64,000 nucleotides of DNA from Octopus vulgaris (lineage: Eukaryota): the NCBI GenBank assembly GCA_951406725.2, contig OX597831.1, forward strand, positions 83,638,001 through 83,702,000, written 5' to 3'. The number at the start of each line of letters is the position of its first letter. Within the stretch, counting starts at the first letter, position 1. Position numbers and translations under genes: made by a program. Positions 53,154 through 62,283 of the stretch are shown piece by piece. Under the pieces are notes generated by a model, which had not been told where the DNA came from, searched no databases, and saw nothing but the letters and a program-made list of their open reading frames with translations.

Positions 53154-56100
53154 TAGGCAGATAGAGAGGTAGGTATAGAGGAAGGATTATTTAATTTAGA
53201 AACGTGAAGGTGAAGAGAATGTTTTAAAATTGATTAAATTGAATCAAATTTAAATTTATATCAAAATGTTAAGATTAATTTCAAAAGTATGTTTGCCTTC
53301 AGATTATATTAATAATAGGTTGAAGATAAAAAAAAAATACAGCTGAAGCTCTTTAAGAAATAAACATAATCCAATAATTCCTCATAAAAAAATAAAGCTG
53401 GTCTTACTTTGCATATGCTTTCTCAAGTAAAGCACTCCAAAATTCATTCTTTGAAGTTGAATGAGCGAAAATAAGTTTTCCATTAATTGTTGGTAAAAGA
53501 TCATCAACAACAACATCAACCCAGTCACCCATCTGCCAGAACTTGAAGTGGAAAATTCCTGCATATTTATTCTTAGGACTCCATTCCTGTTCTTCATAAT
53601 CTGGAACAACCTGAATACCAAAGACATTACATATGTATAAAACTAAGGCAACTTACTAATGAGGCCCAAAACTCAATGTCAGAATACCTAAAGGCTTTGG
53701 TTTGCCACAGTGTGTGTAACAAATGTCAGTCCAGTAAATTTCATTGCAATCCAAGTTATTACTGCATCTCCACAACAGACTCACTCTAAATAGTAATCTT
53801 GCAGTAAGCCTTATGATACTGTCACCTGATGTGAAAGAATTGTTTTGTCAGAAGTGTAAAGTGTGCATGTGTGACATTTTTCAAAACCTCAAAGTCTGGG
53901 AATATAATGAGAGGGAGTAAGTGTCAAATAGGAGACTATCCAAAAGGCTTGCAATGGAATGGTCTGTGCCAAAGGCATTCAAAGGTCGTTTAGTGTAGTT
54001 AAACTGAGCAATGAATTCAACTTGTTATTTAAGAATTAAAAAAAAAACAAATTGCTGAAAATTATCTATTTTAAGAAATACAGAATCATTTAAGTAAAAT
54101 ATTTTAGTTGGACAGCATGGAAAAGTGTAATTAAAATGAACAAATTTTGTTTGGGTGCAGTAGAGGAAATTTAACCCTTTCGAAACCGGATGAAAATTAT
54201 CAAAATTCCCAAAATTTTTAAAAACTGAAAATGTTTTATTTGATGAAATTCAGAATTTCTCAAATGAACTATTTACGGCTGTTTGGTCTTTGTTATAATG
54301 CAGTGGTGATAGCAGTATTTCAACTACTGACACTTCTAACAGACGTTGATATGCTAATCTACTCATAAAAGTGCAACTCTGAAGAAATTACTTAGTAGTT
54401 TCTCAGAGACATGACAATGTAGGTGTCTATAGAGGTGTGATGGTCATGTTTTTCTCAAGAGAATCAACATCAAGTAAATAGCTATCAGAGGAATGAAACC
54501 GTCTTCAGTTTGAAAAAAGCTTATGACTGTTCTACTATAGAACTGATGTTTAAGGAGAAAATATGTATAACTGAACAATATTGATTGTTGGTACTTGGTA
54601 CAACTTATTGATGAGATAAGATGTACAGCTTTACTTCAGTCATCATCATCATCGATAATTGAAATTAGAATATAGAATTTTAAAACTGAAAGCAGTAATT
54701 TCAATGAGTAATGAACAGTATAAAATGTAGTTTTGATATCATACACATTGATTTTATCTTTCATTCATCCAGAACTGATATTATCATCATGTAACCTTAC
54801 AAATTTTTTGCCTATTTTTCGAAGAAAACAATAACAGCATCCATTAGTCTTAAACTATCTCCCATTATCTTCAACATTACAATAAATGGGTTACATTTCA
54901 TCTTACCTTTTTCCATAGATCAGGGTTCTCAGCCACAGAAGCACAAGCTGCAACAAACCAACAGTTTCCTAAACTGCCTTGTGCAAAATCTTCAGCACTT
55001 GCTGAGTCTAAAAAGAACTTGGGGTCCTCTGCAATATCCTGTAAATAGGTTAAAGGGGTATCTTCTCAGAGTGCATTCAAGGAACAAGAAGTCTGGAAAC
55101 CTTTCCAGCTCAAGTCAGCCAAATGGATATAAAACCAAGGAATGACAGTAGTGATTGTGAGATGGGAGCAGTGCAGCTGACAATGATGAGTGGGGGATGA
55201 TGTTGAGTATGACAATGGGAATGGTGATGGATGGTTGATGATGGTGATAGATAATGAATGATGATCAATGAAGATGAGAATGATGATGATGATGATAACT
55301 ACAGCAATGATGACAATAACGATGATTATAACGATCCTTTCACTGCATCAACAAGTCATGTGGAAACGATAATCCTCATCATCGAAATCATAACATTTGT
55401 GCTTCTCTTTGCACACAGCTAGTTTCTTCTTGAGTTTCCATGGCTTTTTGAATCTTCCTGAAACTGGGATGCAGAGGTAATTAAGTGGAGTTAGAGGAGG
55501 CTTACATGCAGACTCAACTTCTCTAGCTTATGGGTTAGCAAGAAATAGTTCGATGGAAGGTAATAGAACTTAGGTTCAACAAGTAGAAAGAATCAACTTT
55601 GGTTGGTTATCAGAACAGAATCAGTAACGGGAATCTAATGACTCCTCCCAAACACTAGCATAGCCAGAGTGTGTGCCACCTTGCGAGCTTACACATGTCC
55701 TCAGCAGTCACAGCCCATGTTTCATTGCCATGTAGCATGGCTGTTTGTACACATGCCTCATACAGTTTACTTTCTACTCTGAGCGAGAGGCCTTTTGTCC
55801 CTAGCAGAGGTAAGAGCTCTCTGAACTTTGCCCAGGCTATTCTTATTCTAGCAGCTACACTTTCCGCACACCCTCCCCCACTACTGACTTGGTCACCTAG
55901 GTAACGGAAGCTATCAACTACTTCTAGTTTTCTCCATGGAATGTGACAGAAGCAGTTCTCTGCACATATTCAGTGTTTATTGCTCCTGGGCATCTTCCAC
56001 ATACAAAAACTATTTTCCTAGTTAGCCTTCCTTTCATATTGCTGCACCTCTTATGTGTCAATAGCTTACACTGGGTACATCTTATAGAGTTTCTACCTAT

Positions 56101-56958
56101 GCCTTTTCTACAGATCAAGCAGGGCCATCTACCTAAAAAGTCACAGATTGGCTGACCGAAATTGCTAAGAGTTTTAAATTCTATCTGCTATTTTCCTAAT
56201 ATAGGTATTGCTGTTTCGTGGTTCACCCAGCCTCCCACCCTCCCCACCAATACTGGAAATCCCTGTCCTCTCACTCTCCACCACCAGTACCGGAAGTCCC
56301 TATCCTCTGACAGCTTTCACTTGTCTCTCATGAACACTTCTAAAGGCTTAATGCCATCCCCACCCCTACCTGGGGTCTATCTCCTATGTAAGGTTGTGAT
56401 TATATAATGCATAAAAATGATGGTGTACTGCATGCAGGTTGAGGGCTGTTGTTTGTTTATGAATTCTGCCAAATGCGAGCTTTCTTTTCAGGTACATGAT
56501 GCTGCTGTCCCCCATCTCAGGGTCACATGGGCTCACACCTCCCACACCCTCAGGGTTGGCTCAGGGTATGTCTGATGAGATTGTTGAGATGCTTGAACAG
56601 AGATGTGTAGATTTGTGCTGCATCCAAGAAAGAAGGTGGAGAGGAGACTCTGCTAGGTTCCTCACAGGCAAAGAACATAGATACAAGATCTTTATTGGTA
56701 GGGAACACTGACAGGGTCAGGGGCATGGATATACTTCTTGCAGAGAAATGGGTCGATAAGGTAATTGAGGTAGTCAGAGTCTGCGATGGAATACTTAAGA
56801 TTAGATTAGTGCTACATTATGGGTTAGCAACCACTATCTCGGCCTATGGGGCTACCTTGCCTAAACAGCCACAGTAGGCTGGGGTAGCCTTCTACCTGGC
56901 TGGCTCCTGCCAAACCATTCAACCCATACCAGCATGGAAGACAGATGTTAAATGATGA

Positions 56959-57036
<78 letters not shown>

Positions 57037-60000
57037 TGAAGGGGAGATAGAAAAAATAGATGAATATAGAAAACATTTTATTTGATATAAATACTATTTT
57101 GTAAGGAATATTTTGGGGCAATTTTAACATTTAACATTTTGACGATCTTGCTTTTAGAAATACAAGCTTGAATTACTGGCTAAATTCTATTTTGGTAAAT
57201 TCTATTTTCTCATTTATTCTTCTTTACTAATTAACACTAATTTAATCTCCCGCCTCCTTCTCACTCACAACTCCATTAATTTCCATCCCTCTCTCTCTCT
57301 CTCTCTCTTCAAACTCTTTCTCTCCTTTAACTACTTTATTTGTCTTCTCTTCAGAATTTTTATTGCGCTTTTATAGTTACTGATAAAAGATCTTTATAGA
57401 CAAAGCTTCATGTGACCACTGTGTAACAAATCTAAACTCACTTCCCACTAATTCCCTTCATGATCTTACTTCAATTGGTTTCTTTTCTGCTTTTGTATTT
57501 TTGCCAGATTGTAACATCATGAGTTACATGGACTCTAGGTCTTCTCTTTATTTTTTGTTTCTTGTTTTTAGCTATTTTTCAGTGTTATGCTATATTGCAA
57601 ATGTTAATAAATGGTCTGTTAACTCATATTTAAACACATTCAGTTATTTCCAATGCTTACACTATCAGAAATTTTCAAGTAGATTTAAATGTTGTGATAA
57701 GTGAAATATACTGGGTGTTAGATAACATTATAGTTTAAACAGACAAACAAGGAATACAGCTCTAAATTTTACTTCCTTACCATCAGTTATTGTCCTGGAA
57801 AGAAGTTGTGACAATTTAAGTGATAAATTTAAGTGACAGTTTAAGTGATAAATGTATATAAACTTGTATGATGTTAAATACTCCATCCTAGATCATATGT
57901 TAAACCTATAAAATATTCTTAACGTAATTTTTTCCTATTATTTTGTTCAACATTCTGAAAGCAACAGATGAATGAATAAGTAAAACTCATAAGTAAAACT
58001 TGCTGTTGTTTTTCACTTTCTCTGTATCTGTGTGTGCATTTATTGAAAAACCAGATACATCTGAGATGATTAATTAAATAAGACTTCTTGAAATCTCAGC
58101 TCATTAATATTACTGCAACAATTTTACAACCACTGACCCAGTCACCACCAAAACCATCAAGCAACTCACAAATATTATTTTTCTGTTTTATCTAAAATTA
58201 CTAATAAATTCTAGACCAACCACTTGTAGCTGGCTATGTTTCTATAAATAACTCTTCTACTGGGATGGGCAAAAGTAATATATTGAACAGGTGATACTCT
58301 TGAATTATTCATCAATAAACTCATTACCAACTGAAACCTGTGTTTAAACCCAAGCCATAACTGATCAAGAATTACAATCTGAAGTTTTCCAGCAGTAAAT
58401 ATACTGTCTTTTTTTTTTCCTTTCAAAACTTGCATACATAGAACTATATTGTTCAATGTATCTGTTCTTTTAAGACTATAAGGAAATGTGCCAGCCATTT
58501 CTAACTAGTCATGAGGCTGTGTAGTGGCACCTTAATTGTAGTTGTGTTCATGTGGGCCCCGGTGGCCTAGGGCTCAGAGACACTTGTTAGAATAACTGTG
58601 ATCTACAGACCAAGTGTTCCAGACTTACAGCCACCACAGCACACCTTCCGAAATGCAGTTATTGATCATACTGCACATTGCAACATGCAATCATATGACA
58701 TGCAGTGTTAAAGTGTCAACATGGCGTTATAGTAGAGGATTTGGTTGTTGTAGATGTGTCTGTTTATTTAGGGGTCATTCTACATGTAGTGGCAAAGGTT
58801 TTAAGTGATGGAGTTTACTGCAACAACAAACTTTAGCCCTTGCAACTGGTCTTCTGAATTGCTTTTCTTTCATTATGTATGTGGTCTACAAGTATCGTAG
58901 ATGTAAAGAAGACAGTGTTGTAGGAGTGCACACAGCATGTGTACTACAGCAGTACTATGCATAGTTTAAATACTGAGATTGAAAAGCAGGGGCGAATCAT
59001 GCCTAACTAATCTACAAAAAAGTAAAATATTTTGCATTAGAATTCTGAGTAGAAATATGTAATCACCAGGGATCAGTCCTCAGCCCCCTCTTATTCATTA
59101 TAGAACTCAAGGCAATAACATAGGAATTCAAGACAAGCTGCCCCTGGGAGTTCCTCTATACTGATGACGTTGCTCTAATAGCTGAGTCACTGTCAGAACT
59201 GGAGACGAAGTTTAGGGTGTGGAAGCAAGGTCTAGAATCGAAGGGCCTTAGGGTCAACCTTGCAAAAACCAAAGTCTTAGTAAGTAGGAAGGCTGTCAAA
59301 TCATGACTTCCTTCAGGTAAATGGCCCTGCTCGATCAGTAGAAAAAGCATAGGTAGAAACTCCATATGGTGTACTCGGTGTAAACTATGGACACATAAGA
59401 GGTACAACAATACCAGAGGAAGGTTAACAGGGAAAATAGGTGTAATGGAGAAATTGTATGTAAATGGGTACATTCTGGAAAGGGGCTGCAATGGTAAATG
59501 GCAATGGGGAAGTGAACTGGCTTCAATAACATGTAGCATCATCTTCTTTACCACCAGGCGTGCCCCATTGCAGAGTGTTGGTGTATCCAAATTCCTCAAT
59601 AAAGTTCCCACTTTAAGTTCCAATTTGTGGGAAGGCAGCCCTGGAGGCTCCAATGAATTGAAAAATTCTGTTAGATAATTTATCACCTCTTCTGGATCTG
59701 GGACTGTATCAACTAACTTATAGAGTTGAAGACTTCCAGGAAGGTACTGCAGCAGCTGCCCATTAATTTTACTTACAGTGCTGCGTTTTGGAGCCAGTAT
59801 TGCTCTTTCACACAGCCAATTGAGATTGTGATTATTTTTTTACCAATGGAGGATCTCTTGTTTGGAGAAATTATGTCAAGAAATATGATGTAATAAAATA
59901 AGATGAGAATTGTATGTTAATAATGAAATGTCAATAAAAAAGGCTAAATAATATCAATATTTGAGCAAATTCTAAGAAATACATACAATGAACTAAGATG

Positions 60001-61827
60001 ACATTGATATGTAATTAATAAAATATCAATAAAAAACATTAATACCAATATCTTAAAAAGACGAAAAACATTCAATGGATTAATCACGCTAGATAGAAGG
60101 GAGACAATCAATTTATGAAAGTTACTTTGCAAAAAGTTACATCACTTCTCTACGTAACCCAGGAAAGGGTATTTTCTGCTCCCAAAGGTCCCATTACTCA
60201 TTATGTGAAAAATTTTAAGAGTCTAAAACCATCTCTGGAACATAAGTAATGAATGTTCCCAGTTTGGAGAAAATCAGCTGTGAACTTGAGAAGTTACACG
60301 GATTTACAAATACACACAGTCTGACTTTAATATATATAGACAGACATTATATATTCTGCTTATCCAATATGCAATGTTTTCATATACAGACATGATGGTT
60401 TACTTCTAACTTCTTTGTGATGAGATCAAGGCTAAGTTTGTAGGAAGTTGATTAAAACACTCCTTTTATTACTGGTACATATTTATTCACTCTTAGTGAG
60501 ATGGAAAGTAAATTTGACATGGTAGGAACTTGCAATGTAAAGCTAACTTTATATATTCTACTGATCAGTATTTTACCATTTATGCCAATCCCAAAGCTCA
60601 GTATTATAGGAAAGAGAATTTTAATCAAAACATTTGTGGTATAAATTATGTGAAATTCTTGAACTGACAATTGAAAGTCTGTCACAATCTCATTTTGTAC
60701 AGATCTTAGTTTTATTTCTCTGTCATTCACCATCCACCACAAAGTATTTCAGGAGTGTCATTTTACTGAGTCATAAAATGAATCTCTCTGGAATAAATAG
60801 CAACAATATAATAGGCTGAGGGCTATTTTCAGTTGACCAAACTGAAACAGTGCAGGCTCTCGTATATGTAATAAAGTGAGTAGTGTTTTATATACAGTGG
60901 GAAGGCCTCATATACGCACGCAATAGAAGGAACTGTAAAACTTCAGTCAGCTAAAAATATGCAAGCAATTAGTAAACAAAACTCTATATGGAAGATTTTT
61001 AGAATGCAGCAAGGGAAATAACTCAAATGAGACCTCCACAGCAAAGCCTAGTGATAAAAAATTATTTATTTATGTATATACTTACTTTTATTTGTACTAA
61101 CATTGCTTGTACTAATGCTTGTATAGCAACCACCTTGAGTGAAGGCAGGTGTAACATGAATGAGGGTAGATTAAATGGCAGGACAACTGTTATATGTCAG
61201 TTGACAAATGCTCATTGGAGCCTTTTTTCTGGATGCTGAAATCTACTGTTCTCCCCCACCCATGTTACCTCCTGCCACCTACATTCCCTCAGAGTTGGTA
61301 CATAGGCACATTGAAAAGTAAGTCTAGTGAGATTGTTGAGATGCTTGAAGAGAGGCATGTTGATGCATGTTGCATTCAAAAAGTAAGGTGGAGAGGAGCT
61401 TCAACCAGGTTCCTCACAAGCAAACCCACTTTCAAACCCTGTGTTATCTTGTCTTATTTCACCAATTTTTTTTACAGACTGTACAAGGTGCTTTTTCATG
61501 GTACAAGCACTACAGAGGATAAGTATGACTCACAAGACTGAAAAGCCCCTGTGAAAGTGGGGGCATGTAGAAGAGAGTTTGATAACTTTAGGCAAGGTAC
61601 TGAAATATGTTAAAAGTGTGATGAGATTGTATAACATGGAAAACAAGTGTGTTAAATATACATACTCCTGGTCTCTTCCATATAATGCCACTTGGAGGAC
61701 TTCTGCTAAAGAAGATTGCAGAGTTGTTTGCTGGGAACTTCGGATCAGTAAATAATATAGATTTCTTCCGACACTCATTACGTAATTTGTGAAACTTCTG
61801 TTCAGCAAATGGAATTAATTTTGGCAT
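8587..61827 (-). CDS. CAPN5: Calpain-5 (TRA-3-like, C2-domain calpain), 10 coding exons in window, 3'-incomplete
   Basis: Exons 61666-61827, 54907-55038, 53408-53610, 52768-52951, 28486-28679, 26295-26375, 14493-14670, 10906-11022, 9296-9495, 8587-8699 splice GT-AG into one open frame of 521 codons. Motifs: QGSLGNCW (C80), GHAYS (H246), RNPWG (N278), domain III (GGC..N...NPQY, IIPSTF), then the start of a C2-like domain. The short N-terminus resembles CAPN5. Confidence 0.92.
8940..9252 (+). mobile_element. RTE LINE 3' UTR copy
   Basis: Aligns by eye to 5705-6026 including the (GAT)n tail. Confidence 0.85.
9296..9495 (-). CDS. CAPN5: Calpain-5 coding exon 9 ([10 protein letters not shown]...[11 protein letters not shown]...GEFILRIY)
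   Basis: ttctag acceptor, gtaaag donor, 200 nt; domain III C-terminal motif. Confidence 0.92.
10906..11022 (-). CDS. CAPN5: Calpain-5 coding exon 8 ([17 protein letters not shown]...[11 protein letters not shown])
   Basis: ttctgcag acceptor, gtaagc donor, 117 nt, phase 0; completes NPQ|Y and contains the IGF motif. Confidence 0.9.
13134..14378 (-). mobile_element. Full-length decayed mariner (DD34D) transposon, 1245 bp
   Basis: TIRs TTGGATCATCCCACAAATA..TGCAGTT, TA on both sides; [31 protein letters not shown]; many frameshifts. Confidence 0.93.
14493..14670 (-). CDS. CAPN5: Calpain-5 coding exon 7 ([10 protein letters not shown]...[14 protein letters not shown])
   Basis: ttgtag acceptor, gttggt donor, 178 nt; end of the protease core and start of domain III. 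Confidence 0.93.
14899..16089. mobile_element. Probable non-autonomous Helentron/DINE-like element
   Basis: Begins ACTAGCAGAGATACCCGGTGTTGCTCGG (ACTAG plus short palindrome); non-coding; other end uncertain. Confidence 0.45.
16090..16222. repeat. (TA)n-(TAGA)n-(CA)n microsatellite
   Basis: Directly visible. Confidence 0.95.
16477..19150 (-). mobile_element. RTE-BovB-like LINE, 5'-truncated within the APE domain; (CAA)n tail
   Basis: [64 protein letters not shown]-terminal CGIC..HSHSRSC finger; decayed. Confidence 0.9.
19372..19683 (-). mobile_element. tRNA-derived CORE-like SINE
   Basis: Minus strand: A box TGGCTGTGTGG, B box GTTCAGTCCC, central TG/TA microsatellite. Confidence 0.8.
19923..22738 (-). 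mobile_element. Penelope-like element (RT + GIY-YIG), 5'-truncated, with inverted terminal copy
   Basis: [51 protein letters not shown]; 42-bp inverted ends at 19923-19964 and 22697-22738. Confidence 0.9.
22739..23055 (+). mobile_element. Helentron/DINE-like terminal segment
   Basis: AAATTTGAATGAAATTGGTTG..(CAGA)n..TTTTATATATGTAGAT, a typical end of such elements. Confidence 0.5.
24400..25955 (+). mobile_element. RTE LINE copy (RT-PHD to 3' tail), decayed
   Basis: Colinear with about 4170-6026, with many indels. Confidence 0.88.
26295..26375 (-). CDS. CAPN5: Calpain-5 coding exon 6 ([27 protein letters not shown])
   Basis: tttttag acceptor, gtaggt donor, 81 nt, phase 2 to phase 2. Confidence 0.94.
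26700..27600 (+). mobile_element. Possible decayed ORF1 (zinc knuckle) of a non-LTR element
   Basis: [22 protein letters not shown] resembles a CX2CX4H knuckle, followed by low-complexity purine-rich sequence. Confidence 0.35.
27655..28187 (+). mobile_element. RTE LINE 3' end/UTR copy
   Basis: Closely resembles 50135-50680 and the reverse complement of 41302-41770; (GAT)n tail. Confidence 0.85.
28486..28679 (-). CDS. CAPN5: Calpain-5 coding exon 5 with catalytic His and Asn (GLVKGHAYS...[16 protein letters not shown])
   Basis: ttttcag acceptor, gtaagt donor, 194 nt, ends in phase 2. Confidence 0.96.
29255..29620 (-). mobile_element. CORE-like SINE lacking its tRNA head
   Basis: Same body as 36465-36864; (AGAGTA)-type tail. 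Confidence 0.8.
29855..30745 (-). mobile_element. RTE LINE fragment (RT-PHD-thumb), antisense to the copies at 3789 and 24400
   Basis: [24 protein letters not shown]; reverse-complement homology to about 4520-5450. Confidence 0.88.
30790..31295. repeat. Foldback (long inverted repeat), ~250-bp arms, ~15-20-nt spacer
   Basis: For example GTAACATTAATGGCTGTTTACCAGAGAGATGTTTATCTCTTTTGAACTGTGTGA is mirrored exactly; both strands give a near-identical spurious ORF ([17 protein letters not shown]). Confidence 0.92.
31923..32056. repeat. Short imperfect hairpin, ~60-bp arms
   Basis: GAGCTATTAATACTTTCTTGTCGTTGAGACATGTG / CACGTGCCTTAATGACAAGAAATTATTAGTAGCTC. Confidence 0.75.
32665..33056 (-). mobile_element. 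tRNA-derived CORE-like SINE, diverged
   Basis: Same family as 36465-36864. Confidence 0.75.
33060..34530 (+). repeat. ~1.45-kb non-coding interspersed repeat; inverted relative of 47720-49205
   Basis: Several colinear reverse-complement blocks, e.g. CCATAAAATGTGTTTATGGGGAGAAAAATA..CATCAATACATGTCAGAG. Confidence 0.75.
35700..36050 (+). mobile_element. DD37D/maT-like (Tc1/mariner superfamily) transposase C-terminal fragment
   Basis: Across frameshifts: [64 protein letters not shown]. Confidence 0.7.
36166..36446. repeat. (GT)n array punctuated by GCAT
   Basis: Directly visible. Confidence 0.95.
36465..36864 (-). mobile_element. Full-length tRNA-derived CORE-like SINE
   Basis: Minus strand AGGCACAGGAGTGACTGTGTGGTAAG..GGTTCAGTCCC..GCACCTTAGGCAAGTGTCTT, internal microsatellite, 3' ..GAAACAAGTAAAAA. 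Confidence 0.85.
37045..37560 (+). repeat. Two diverged tandem Helentron-like terminal units
   Basis: CTAAAAACCTTCCTGA...ATTGGTCCAGCTGT..AAGAGG.AACA.ACA repeated at about 37135 and 37468. Confidence 0.5.
38180..38570 (+). mobile_element. Decayed Penelope-type GIY-YIG endonuclease fragment
   Basis: CNC...C.LSGHC...NVVYRC...YMGC...HNHLSSFK...TSLATKI..LK...LKWDII. Confidence 0.7.
38756..39035 (+). mobile_element. tRNA-derived SINE (third family)
   Basis: GGAGGCACAATGGCCCAAAGGTTAGAGCAGCAGACT tRNA-like head; GC-richer block in AT-rich context. Confidence 0.6.
40626..40693 (-). ncRNA. Type I hammerhead ribozyme motif in a Penelope-like LTR remnant
   Basis: Minus strand CCAGATAA-CTGAAGA-GATG...CATCT-GAA-ACTC-A-GAGT-T-TTATCTTGG: stems I, II and III and a GUU cleavage triplet; one-nt register flaw at the base of stem II. 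Confidence 0.65.
40835..41268 (+). mobile_element. RTE LINE internal RT fragment
   Basis: [32 protein letters not shown]. Confidence 0.88.
41302..41965 (-). mobile_element. RTE LINE, internally deleted (RT YADD region joined to 3' UTR and tail)
   Basis: Reverse complement has [11 protein letters not shown] at about 41830-41860 next to the 3' UTR and (GAT)n. Confidence 0.85.
42550..44605 (-). mobile_element. Penelope-like element, 5'-truncated, with 3' pseudo-LTR and inverted 5' LTR fragment
   Basis: [62 protein letters not shown]; pLTR at 42550-42990; inverted end piece at 44548-44605. Confidence 0.93.
45423..46816. mobile_element. Non-autonomous DNA transposon with ~200-bp TIRs inserted in the mariner
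   Basis: GGATCTTTTCCTTTTGATA...GAGCTGAAATC mirrored at 46627-46815; AATTTT on both flanks; removing it restores mariner [10 protein letters not shown]. Confidence 0.9.
45977..46216. repeat. Inverted interstitial telomeric arrays (CCCTAA)n / (TTAGGG)n bounded by a 22-bp perfect inverted repeat
   Basis: Arrays at 45998-46110 and 46147-46195; flanks CATAACTGGTACTTAATTTATC / GATAAATTAAGTACCAGTTATG. Confidence 0.93.
47720..49205 (-). repeat. Inverted copy of the 33060-34530 repeat
   Basis: Colinear reverse-complement similarity; truncates the mariner 5' end. Confidence 0.75.
49220..50045 (+). mobile_element. CR1-clade LINE 3' fragment with a nested antisense RTE-like 3' end (about 49580-49900)
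   Basis: [39 protein letters not shown]; the insert reads GRLRKTW on the minus strand and ends in (GAT)n. Confidence 0.75.
50135..50680 (+). mobile_element. RTE LINE 3' end/UTR copy
   Basis: DLWRYAV ORF end, 3' UTR, (GAT)n tail. Confidence 0.88.
50995..51260 (-). mobile_element. tRNA-derived CORE-like SINE, 3'-truncated
   Basis: Same family as 36465-36864. Confidence 0.8.
51731..52143. repeat. Nested inverted-repeat element
   Basis: Outer arms at 51731-51805 / 52078-52143; inner stems at 51807-51831 / 51935-51960 and 51960-51999. Confidence 0.8.
52768..52951 (-). CDS. CAPN5: Calpain-5 coding exon 4 ([11 protein letters not shown]...DMTGGVGE...LMSASIM)
   Basis: ttgatag acceptor, gtaagc donor, 184 nt restores phase 0. 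Confidence 0.95.
53408..53610 (-). CDS. CAPN5: Calpain-5 coding exon 3 ([10 protein letters not shown]...[26 protein letters not shown]...[13 protein letters not shown])
   Basis: ttcag acceptor, gtaaga donor, 203 nt, ends in phase 2; hallmark calpain motifs. Confidence 0.95.
54907..55038 (-). CDS. CAPN5: Calpain-5 coding exon 2 with catalytic Cys (DIAEDPKFF...[15 protein letters not shown]...LWKK)
   Basis: tttacag acceptor, gtaaga donor, 132 nt; TGT Cys codon at 54961-54963; absent from the ORF track. Confidence 0.95.
55670..56135 (-). mobile_element. RTE LINE fragment (PHD-thumb)
   Basis: Reverse complement homologous to about 4700-5145. Confidence 0.88.
56490..56962 (+). mobile_element. 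RTE LINE APE-endonuclease fragment fused to the 3' tail
   Basis: [27 protein letters not shown], followed directly by CCAGCATGGAAG..GTTAAA(TGA)n. Confidence 0.8.
59068..59440 (+). mobile_element. RTE LINE RT-PHD fragment
   Basis: [21 protein letters not shown]; homologous to about 4445-4820. Confidence 0.85.
59515..60340 (-). mobile_element. Helitron/Helentron remnant with PIF1-like helicase fragment (59515-59830)
   Basis: [12 protein letters not shown]...[34 protein letters not shown]; terminal-like TTTAATATATATAGA at about 60340. Confidence 0.8.
61260..61420 (+). mobile_element. RTE LINE APE N-terminal fragment
   Basis: [32 protein letters not shown]. Confidence 0.75.
61666..61827 (-). 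CDS. CAPN5: Calpain-5 coding exon 1 ([10 protein letters not shown]...IIWKRPG)
   Basis: Acceptor ttgcag then GAG ATG at 61827; donor GTATGT after GGA; 162 nt, phase 0; LFTDPKFPA and WKRP calpain motifs. Confidence 0.92.
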
Positions 61828-62232
61828 CTCCTGCAATTTAAATTAAAAGTCTATAGTTTGTAAGTGCACATGATATATTTCTCTAACTTGTATCTGTATA
61901 GAAAGACAGAGATGACCAACAGCAACATCACTACACCTGACAGTTAAAATGTGATATCACATCATGCTATCTTGAGGTAAAGGATACCATCTAACAATCA
62001 ATAAACAATCAGATTCATTATGGGTCTTTTTTTTATCTAGATATTTTCAGTATTTTGTGTGTGTGTTTACAAATAACTTACAACTTACCTATTTTCCAAC
62101 TGAATAAACTAATAATGTATTTATGTATGCCAGTATTATCATCAGTTTAGCATTTATATATTCACATTTTATGCCGGCAGGGTTGAACAAATCATCATAG
62201 TCAAAGTTAAATCCTACTGGAAACTGCTACTT

Positions 62233-62283
<51 letters not shown>

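Noticed and set aside
53382-53627. 81-aa ORF from the track
   Set aside because: Wrong frame over calpain exon 3.
54171-54894. piggyBac-like MITE starting TTAACCCTTT
   Set aside because: Only a weak right end (AATGGGTTAC) and no extended TIR match.
59156-59686. 176-aa ORF as a cellular PIF1 helicase gene
   Set aside because: Chimera of a decayed Helitron helicase fragment and antisense RTE sequence; no exon structure.
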